Virus record (IMG/VR): IMGVR_UViG_3300008952_000052
Location: 1 to 59,885 of that record
Length of the DNA stretch: 59,885 nucleotides
From: a virus
Lineage: Duplodnaviria > Caudoviricetes
Direction: 5' to 3' (one strand)
Part shown: piece by piece, positions 7,504-14,500 of the stretch
Position numbering within the stretch: position 1 is the stretch's first letter
Layout of the letters: every line of letters begins with the position of its first letter
Program-made: the position numbers and the translations under genes
The notes under the pieces: model-generated
Told to the model about the DNA's origin: nothing
The model's input: only the letters and a program-made list of their open reading frames with translations
Databases searched by the model: none

Positions 7504-7566
7504 TCAGGGTTTCAGGTCACGACCTAACTTTGCTTTCAATTCGGCTGGAAACGAAACTATCTCCAT
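7504..7566 (-). CDS. possible 20-aa mini-ORF MEIVSFPAELKAKLGRDLKP
   Basis: GAGG upstream of ATG; reads the inverted repeat in the same frame as CDS 4138-4326. It may not be translated. Confidence 0.3.
   Translation of the reverse strand: MEIVSFPAELKAKLGRDLKP
7512..7546 (-). repeat. 35-nt inverted repeat, copy B (intergenic; the + strand is antisense to the mRNA of CDS 4138-4326)
   Basis: tcaggtcacgacctaactttgctttcaattcggct; the single difference (G7516 opposite T4242) would be a G-U pair in RNA. Confidence 0.95.
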
Positions 7567-7591
7567 ACTCGTCCTCGCTCATAGGAGAATC

Positions 7592-7629
7592 TTTTCTGTG
7601 GGGTAAAACCTCACCTGTATAGGTATTAG
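7592..7629 (+). promoter_or_regulatory. putative phage early promoter, copy 4
   Basis: ttttCTGTGgggtaaaacctcacCTGTATaggtattag. Confidence 0.8.
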
Positions 7630-7649
7630 CCCACAACCAAGGAGTAAGC

Positions 7650-7796
7650 ATGGAAAACGTAAAAGTAAGATGGATCAACTTTACTGGTCAAGAACAGGAG
7701 CGCATGTTCACCGAAAAACATGCTGAGAAATTCATTGCAATGCTGAAAAGCACAGGCTTGCCTGTACTATCAAAAACCAAACTCAAGGAGCAATAA
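7650..7796 (+). CDS. small hypothetical protein (48 aa, MENVKVRWINFTGQEQERMF...), absent from the supplied ORF track
   Basis: AAGGAG SD, directly after promoter copy 4; TAATG overlap with next gene. Confidence 0.8.
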   Translation: MENVKVRWINFTGQEQERMFTEKHAEKFIAMLKSTGLPVLSKTKLKEQ

Positions 7797-8128
7797 TGAG
7801 TAAGACAGGAGCATGGGTGCTTGAAATTCAGGAACAAATGACTGAAGAAGAATGGCATCAACAAAATCAACAAAACGACTACAGCCCTCACGATTGGGCT
7901 ACAAGCCAGCCTGAGTGGGATGCCACTCTTGGGAGGGCTATATCCCTCATCAGACAGGCTCTGAGTGAACAGAAGGGGTTAGACACTCCCCTGTGGAAAG
8001 CCTTCTCCTATGCAGAGGAATTGGCTGTCTATGCCCTCTGTGAGCAGGAAAAGCCAACCTTGAAAAAGGCTTATTCCATCTTGGGATATCCAGAGGAAGA
8101 AACGGAAACCTCAGAAATTCCGTTTTAA
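7796..8128 (+). CDS. acidic hypothetical protein ending in EIPF
   Basis: AAGGAG SD; acidic C-terminal tail EEETETSEIPF resembling an SSB-type tail. Confidence 0.8.
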   Translation: MSKTGAWVLEIQEQMTEEEWHQQNQQNDYSPHDWATSQPEWDATLGRAISLIRQALSEQKGLDTPLWKAFSYAEELAVYALCEQEKPTLKKAYSILGYPEEETETSEIPF

Positions 8129-8236
8129 ATTTCTATCAACCTCCCCCTGTCACTGTATAGGGGGGATGTGAGAGGCAATCCGCTAATCACAAAATCAACA
8201 ATCTATCAGACTTATGTCTGTAAATAGGAGGAGCCT

Positions 8237-9004
8237 ATGGCTCAAAAAACTGGCATTGGTTGGACATCTTCTACTTGGTCACCTGTGGTGAACTGTACGA
8301 AGTGTTCACCTGAATGCAAAAACTGCTATATGTTCGATACTGCGAAGCGAATAAACGCTTCTGGTAAGGCATACCGTAAGAAACACGGAAAGCACCCTCC
8401 ACCTCAGATGGATGCGTATAGAAAGCTCAATCAGGGGCCTCAAATGGTTCCTGAGAGTATGAACATTCCTCGTAAGTGGAAGAAGGGTCGTATGATCTTC
8501 GTCTGCTCTATGAGCGATCTCTTTCATGCAGATATTGAAGACTGGTACATCAAGGCAGTCTTTCAAGTGATGAATGAGTGTCCACAGCATACCTTTCAAG
8601 TCTTAACTAAGCGTTCTGATCGTTTAGCTCAGATAGCTTCTCAGTTGACTTGGACAGATAATATCTGGATTGGTGTTTCTGTTGGTGTGAAAAAGTCTGT
8701 GTATCGTATTCACGATCTTCAAACGGTGAAGCAAGCTAAAGTCCGTTTTCTCTCTGTAGAGCCTCTTTTAGAGAATATCCCTAATATGCCTTTGGATGGT
8801 ATTGATTGGGTAATCTGCGGTGGAGAGAGTGGTTCAAAGCATCGTCCTATGGATCTGGCTTGGGCAAGATCTGTTCGTGATCAAGTCCTGACTGCTAAGA
8901 TTCCATTCTTCTTTAAGCAAATTGGAGGTCGTACTTCAAAGGCTAATGGAAAGATTTTGGATGGGAACACTCATTGCGATTTCCCGTATCACGCTATGCC
9001 GTAG
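8237..9004 (+). CDS. DUF5131 (phage Gp37/Gp68) family protein, radical-SAM-like
   Basis: TGIGWT..TWSP..CTKCSPECKNCY, IFVCSMSDLFH, HTFQVLTKR, RFLSVEPLL, IDWVICGGESG, PFFFKQ; AGGAGG SD. Confidence 0.93.
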   Translation: MAQKTGIGWTSSTWSPVVNCTKCSPECKNCYMFDTAKRINASGKAYRKKHGKHPPPQMDAYRKLNQGPQMVPESMNIPRKWKKGRMIFVCSMSDLFHADIEDWYIKAVFQVMNECPQHTFQVLTKRSDRLAQIASQLTWTDNIWIGVSVGVKKSVYRIHDLQTVKQAKVRFLSVEPLLENIPNMPLDGIDWVICGGESGSKHRPMDLAWARSVRDQVLTAKIPFFFKQIGGRTSKANGKILDGNTHCDFPYHAMP

Positions 9005-9015
9005 TCTCTTTCTCT

Positions 9016-9049
9016 GGTTCTCTTCGTAATTCTTTTTGCGGAGAGAACC
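9016..9049 (+). terminator. 14-bp intergenic hairpin, probable terminator or processing stem
   Basis: GGTTCTCTTCGTAA/TTGCGGAGAGAACC (two G-U pairs) downstream of the DUF5131 gene. Confidence 0.5.
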
Positions 9050-9101
9050 TATTCTCTAACTCTTTTTGCAATTTTGTAATGATTTTATACGGAGACACAT
9101 A

Positions 9102-9404
9102 ATGTCTAATACTATCTCACTCGCAAGCACTGAAGGGTTCTTGGCTATGTCTCAATGGGCAATGGTCAATGATATGAACCGTCAGTTAGAACCAACAATT
9201 GAAGATGCCATTGATCCAAATGGTACTCACATCTGTACTACTGTTATCTTCCACAACCATCGTGCAGGGATCAAGGTTGATCCCCACCTTCGCACTGGAT
9301 GGATGGTGAAGATTAAAGAAACTATGGAGCCAGCCCAACTCTGGATAGATGTTTGCCCCAAGCTGTTTTCTCAACACACCACTAAAGAAGAGGTGTCAGC
9401 ATGA
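9102..9404 (+). CDS. hypothetical protein (100 aa)
   Basis: Start re-assigned to ATG 9102 (GGAG SD); ATGA overlap with next gene. Confidence 0.8.
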   Translation: MSNTISLASTEGFLAMSQWAMVNDMNRQLEPTIEDAIDPNGTHICTTVIFHNHRAGIKVDPHLRTGWMVKIKETMEPAQLWIDVCPKLFSQHTTKEEVSA

Positions 9405-9781
9405 TTGAAATGCCAGATCAATTCTATGATGATGTTCTGAGTATCTGTGGGAGCTTTGCCTACAAAGCTCAATTCGGAGACTTCCCAAAGAAAGACCTCA
9501 CTTCAGATGCCATTGATCCTAAGATGGTAGATATCTTCACTGAGTTTGGTCGCCTCACTATGCACTATCAAATAGCCCTGTTCCATGTAATGAAGGGTAG
9601 GCTGAAAGCAGAAGAGGAAACCTTCATCACTCATCAGAAAGCTTGGACAGAACAAGTGCGAAAGATACAGGAAGTGATCAGCACTGATGAAATCAATGAC
9701 TTTATCAGAGCAGAAGGAAATGTGATGAAAGCCTTTGGTCTGCCTGTCATTCCTTTAGCCGTTGGCTACGCAGAAAATTAA
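9401..9781 (+). CDS. hypothetical protein (126 aa)
   Basis: GAGGTG SD; ends just before promoter copy 5. Confidence 0.8.
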   Translation: MIEMPDQFYDDVLSICGSFAYKAQFGDFPKKDLTSDAIDPKMVDIFTEFGRLTMHYQIALFHVMKGRLKAEEETFITHQKAWTEQVRKIQEVISTDEINDFIRAEGNVMKAFGLPVIPLAVGYAEN

Positions 9782-9790
9782 ATTCATCTT

Positions 9791-9829
9791 TTTTTCTGTG
9801 GGAGGTTTCCTGACCTGTATGAGTATTAG
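9791..9829 (+). promoter_or_regulatory. putative phage early promoter, copy 5
   Basis: tttttCTGTGggaggtttcctgacCTGTATgagtattag. Confidence 0.8.
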
Positions 9830-9870
9830 GAAGGAAACCTCCCTTCTTTTATTCCCCCTTTTATTTTCAA

Positions 9871-9893
9871 CCGACTGCCTTGCAGTCTACGGA
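9871..9893 (+). promoter_or_regulatory. conserved SD-enclosing leader hairpin, copy 4
   Basis: cc-GACTGC-ctt-GCAGTC-tac-gga before ATG 9900; compensatory changes relative to copies 1-3. Confidence 0.6.
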
Positions 9894-9899
9894 ATTTTT

Positions 9900-10274
9900 A
9901 TGTTTATCAACCTTACTCCTCACAACCTTAATTTCCAAGATGCAAACGGTAAGATCCACACCATCAACACTTCTGAAACGATTTGTCGTGTGGGAACAAA
10001 GACTTCAAAGGAAGTAGGTAAGATCTCTTCCTCAGAATTACCTTGGGGATTCTCAGCCCCAATTTTCAGTGCGCCTGTATTTACAAGTATTATCGACCTT
10101 CCTGATGCTGAAGATGGAAAGGTTTTCATAGTAAGTGGCTTCGTAGCTGCTGCTATGAGAGCAGCAGGTCTGGATAGACCAGACGTTATCGTTCCCGGCA
10201 CAGGCCCCAAAGATGGCTGCATCCGTGAAAATGGTCGCATTGTTGCTGTCACTCGCTTCGTCAGAGCAACCTAA
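9900..10274 (+). CDS. NLTPH-motif viral protein (candidate Crn4-like ring nuclease / anti-CRISPR)
   Basis: Start re-assigned to ATG 9900. Motifs INLTPH...RV...LP...FIVS..VA.A....RPDV..PG....R..G.I. The CDS is well supported; the functional call is recall-based. Confidence 0.7.
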   Translation: MFINLTPHNLNFQDANGKIHTINTSETICRVGTKTSKEVGKISSSELPWGFSAPIFSAPVFTSIIDLPDAEDGKVFIVSGFVAAAMRAAGLDRPDVIVPGTGPKDGCIRENGRIVAVTRFVRAT

Positions 10275-10304
10275 TGGGTATGATTAGCTGAAACGGGAGG
10301 GGCT

Positions 10305-10619
10305 ATGGATAACGTCAGGGATCATTTCAAGGAATTCTTTACTAAGAAGTATGACACCCTATTCCAAGACACCATAGACCCCGAACAAGTAGAGCAAGTG
10401 CTTCAGGAATGTATCACTATATGTATGTTCTTCGATCATCCTAAAGCAGACCACCCATATGAAAAGAGCCTTAGCAACCATAAAGACGTTGCTAAGGCTC
10501 TTGTTTCAGTTTTTGGGGCTGTTCCTCTGGTAGCAGCAGAGAGAAATCTACCTCTAAAGAATAGATGCCCATCTTTCCTACACTTCTGGTTACAACACTG
10601 TTCTCCAGACTGTCTCTGA
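10305..10619 (+). CDS. hypothetical protein (104 aa)
   Basis: GGAGG SD; last + strand gene before the terminator. Confidence 0.75.
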   Translation: MDNVRDHFKEFFTKKYDTLFQDTIDPEQVEQVLQECITICMFFDHPKADHPYEKSLSNHKDVAKALVSVFGAVPLVAAERNLPLKNRCPSFLHFWLQHCSPDCL

Positions 10620-10672
10620 GTTTATTTTACGCTCTATAACTAAACCAATCCTTCACTTCTATACAGAAAAGT

Positions 10673-10706
10673 AAACCCCCCGATCCAATGGATCGGGGGT
10701 TTTTTT
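10673..10706. terminator. bidirectional intrinsic terminator between the early and structural units
   Basis: AAA-C-CCCCCGATCCA-A-TGGATCGGGGG-TTTTTTT between convergent genes. Confidence 0.85.
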
Positions 10707-10723
10707 CATTTTCTTAGAAGCAT

Positions 10724-11284
10724 TTAGGCGGTTGCTTCTTCTTCCTCTTTGGCTCCACCTAACATGTGCTTGAACACAGTCTCCCAAGAACCAACAGCAG
10801 CAAGACCAGCAGCCAACCCTTGCCAGATAGCATCAGGTACTGCTGTACCGCTTACAAGAGCTAATCCTGTAGTGGTTGCAACACCCACACCCAAAGCAAC
10901 CCAAGGAACAACCTTGGCTCCAACTTTATCCTTCAAGCCAAATTTATTAGCTAAGAAAACCAGCATCATCAAAATCAGACCTGCAACAACCGGCCAATTC
11001 TTAGCTTGAACAGCCTTAACCAAATCACTGGTTGTTTCCACTGCTTCATTGAAGTCTTCGGGTACTTCTGGTTTTTCGGTTTTTGCTTCCTCCCCCGTTT
11101 TTTTGTCATCAGATTTTTCACTTACATCTGTTTTCACATTCTCGGCTGGTTTTTCATCAGCAGGTGCTTCTACAGTTTCAGCAGGGGGGTTATCACCACC
11201 TTCTTCAGCATTACCTATAATGGGATAAAAGAAAATGGGGATAAAGATCACCATAAAAACCAGAGAGAGTATCTTCTTTTTCAT
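10724..11284 (-). CDS. holin-like membrane protein with N-terminal signal peptide and acidic linker
   Basis: MKKK + hydrophobic stretch + GNA|E cleavage-like site; about 60-aa E/K/P-rich linker; about three TM helices ending GLAAGLAAVGSWE; AAGGAG SD. Confidence 0.65.
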   Translation of the reverse strand: MKKKILSLVFMVIFIPIFFYPIIGNAEEGGDNPPAETVEAPADEKPAENVKTDVSEKSDDKKTGEEAKTEKPEVPEDFNEAVETTSDLVKAVQAKNWPVVAGLILMMLVFLANKFGLKDKVGAKVVPWVALGVGVATTTGLALVSGTAVPDAIWQGLAAGLAAVGSWETVFKHMLGGAKEEEEATA

Positions 11285-11324
11285 AATTGTCTCCTTAAGA
11301 CTAAAAAACGGACATCATTGTCAC

Positions 11325-11534
11325 TTATGGTACTTGAATAGCACCAACGGGAAACGGAATATGATCCCCGTATTCTTTCGGCTTACCCAAAGTGTCCAAA
11401 CTTTTCTTTATTTGTTTGTATTGATCTTCTGTCAACGCAGGGTTGAGAAGTGCCTTTCTTAATTCCTTTTTCCGTTCTTCCAGATATGGTCTACGAATAT
11501 CCATATCTATATCTTGCTGGCTGATAAATGGCAT
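11325..11534 (-). CDS. small hypothetical protein (69 aa)
   Basis: AAGGA SD, 2 nt after the upstream stop. Confidence 0.75.
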   Translation of the reverse strand: MPFISQQDIDMDIRRPYLEERKKELRKALLNPALTEDQYKQIKKSLDTLGKPKEYGDHIPFPVGAIQVP

Positions 11535-11536
11535 AT

Positions 11537-14500
11537 TTATTCCTTAATGTAAGGTACGGGTGTAATCATTGGATCTGGATGATGTTGTGAATTTGGGGCG
11601 AACATGGGCTTTCCACAGATTCGATACCGATCACAAGCTGCATACCCATCACCATACCCACTTGGGGAAATTTTCCCTCCAATGTTGATACCCACATCTC
11701 TTATGGAAGGACTACCAAAGAAACCATAGGTCATAATTATCATCTGAAGCTCATCACCAGCAGATACTTGAGTAGGTTCTGTGAAAGCTGTCTCAGCAAA
11801 GTTTCTCACAAGCAGAGCTTTAGCTGCCAAGATTCCACCTTTAAGAACAGGTTGCAGAGAAGAAGAAAACGAACCACTAACCCAATCAATCGGGCCACCC
11901 GGATTCTGCCCACCCAAGAGCATTGCTGATCCACCACCTCTAAAGATACGGAATTTCTTTGTACCAGAAGGATTGTCTACATTGTGATACGGAGTGTACC
12001 CTAAGATCCCACCATCACACATTGTAATCATTTCACTTGGAATACTCAGAAATCTACTCACTTCTTCACCGTTTTCCGTCAATGGAAGAAGGGTCTGAAG
12101 AGGTCTGATGTTAGAAGGAAAAGTCTGAAGCGCACTGGCTTTGTCATTCAAGATGTTTTCACAAAGGAAATCACTATCATTCATAAGAAGACCAAGCGGT
12201 AGTCTTTCGGTCATTCCTGTCAGGTTCATCTGACAAACACCATCACCAGCATTGACAGGAAGGTCTTTTCCACCAGTGAAATTTACTTTTGTTACAATTG
12301 GCGCACCCACTTTCCTATTATCTCTTTTCGATATCAGCCTGATTAGCTGCGTAGGAGAAAAGCCAGCAGTTGGGTGGGTAATCTCCAATTGAAGATCATT
12401 CCCCTGCTCTCCTGTAACAATAGATTCAAACTCAACATAGGTTCCATCACTATGTGCAGTACAGGTTAGGTTTAGGTGTTCTGAGTTATTAACGACATAA
12501 GCCATTTTCTTAAAAGTAGCTTCCATATCAACAACTTCGGATACCATAGTGATGGTATACGAAACTGGTGGTAAGGTAAGAGGACCTATTTCAGTAGGAG
12601 CCGAAGAGGTGGCAGAAACTTTTAATTTTCCCATAGCACCTGAACCAGAACCATCTCCTGAGTCAACCCAAGCATGATAGATCACTGGTGGTGGGTACTG
12701 AGAAGATGAACCAAAAAGATTAGGTTCTATAGAGACTGAACAAGCGGTGTGAGCATAAGCATCAATGTTCATATCTGAACGGGAAATTGTAAAATCTCCA
12801 AACCCCTGATTGTCTATGGTTTTCATAGATTGGCTGTCATTTACTGCCAGAGGATCATCAAGGGGTTCTAAGGTTCCAAATTCAATATCTACTTCAGCAG
12901 TTTGAGTAATTGTCTTTGTTACCATTTTCACTTCATGGGTACGAATCGCAATTCCCCCTGAAAGATTTTCCAGCAACCTAACCCATACTTTTAGACCATC
13001 TAAACGAGTAAATTCAAAAGTAAGACCTTCTATTGCAGCAGCGTAACCTAAAGAAGCAGGAAACCAAGCATCGTTCCAGTCTATGGCAGAAGGCTCTACT
13101 GTTGGAACACTTTGAATAAGTGCAGTGGCTCTGGAAGTGTTGGTTAACTGGCTCTCAGAGAAAGCTCTGGTGACAGTCTGAAGCCTATTTGCCGTTGAAG
13201 AAGATGGGATACGAGACTTATCAGTTTGAAAATACCCTACGTCCATAAAGGTTCCGGGGTATAGCTGACCACCAAATTTCCCTGTTCCCATAGAAGTATA
13301 GAAGTCTACACTTGCCATAACCTGAAAGGCTCTTGCATTGGGTGTTTCGATTTGACCATTGCCATTACTATCGAATTGTTGAACGGGTGTTTTCACTTGG
13401 TAGGCTGAAGCTACTGGTATCTGACCATATCTTCTTTCACAATCAGTAATGGTTCTGGTTGATCCATTACGAGACATGTAGGGATCTCCCTGATAAACCG
13501 TTCTGGAATATGTCGTATAGAACCGATTGCTCAGAGCAGCAGCACAAGGGAACACCATATTTAAGTCTTCCAATTGGAAGTCTGTCGGGCCGCCACTTGG
13601 ATTTACAAAGTCGGTAAGTATATTGCCCTGTGCATCGTGATTTCTCATCAACACATAGTTATTGCCATTGATCCACTCTTTAGCGAAGCCAAAAATAACA
13701 CACTCTACAATGTAGTTGAAATCCTCAAATTTCTCTTTAACAGAAGTGCTGTCATTGAATTTATGGTTGGGAGATAGGGTTGTATCAATCACATTCTCAG
13801 GAATGATATATGTATGATCTCCATTCTCTCCAGTAAGATCCAAAGCACCATCTTGCATAATAAACAAGGTTTGCTTGTGATTATCCATACGAAGGAGGTT
13901 TGTGGCTGAGTCTGCCTCCATAGTGGTTCTATCAGCAGCAAATGTCACACCACCTTTGGCAATGTAATCATCATAATCATAGACCCCGTAAATTCTTGCT
14001 ACTCCAAGATAGGGAGGAAGCTGAATTCCTTTCAGACCAGCACCAAGATCACTACTTCTCACATTGGTGAATTTTGCGACAACAGCTTTCTCATTGTCAG
14101 TCACTGTCGCTATATCAGTAGACTTCCTTGCGTGATAGAAAGGTTTGTTAAGAACACCACCTATTGAGGTTCCGTGTACACCATAGGAAGCAGGGGTGTC
14201 TGTTCTAAAGAACAAAGGCTTTACCTGATTTCCTCCAGAGATATTATCCTCACCGCCAATAATCTTAAAGACTGGATTGTTCAGCGTGGTGCTGTCTACG
14301 AAAAGATGATTGATACCAGCAAGGAAATTACCTGAACCTGTATTCATCGGAATGTCTTGCCTACCGAATTTAGGCATTACTTCTGGTGGGAGAGCAAAAG
14401 CCATTTGCTTTCCACTGGTTGCAGTACCAGAGAATAGTGTCAACCCATCTTTAGATGTTCCATTTGGATAGGCATAGGAACCAATCAGGCTCATTGTATT

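Noticed and set aside
7497-7590. 35-nt segment as a spacer in a CRISPR mini-array (flanking GTTTC/GAAAC)
   Set aside because: The two flanks are not direct repeats of each other, so it is kept only as an antisense or inversion hypothesis.
973-9829. Repeated ~39-nt motif as a CRISPR array
   Set aside because: Copies are degenerate, 0.6-5 kb apart and separated by whole genes; no cas genes are present.
146-10252. Alternative-frame and - strand ORFs in the early region (e.g. 146-340, 2514-3050, 8306-8599, 9920-10252)
   Set aside because: They overlap better-supported, SD-bearing, translationally coupled + strand genes.
10648-10672. Reverse-strand CTGTATAG as an antisense promoter
   Set aside because: It lacks the CTGTG box at -19 and abuts the terminator, so there is too little evidence.
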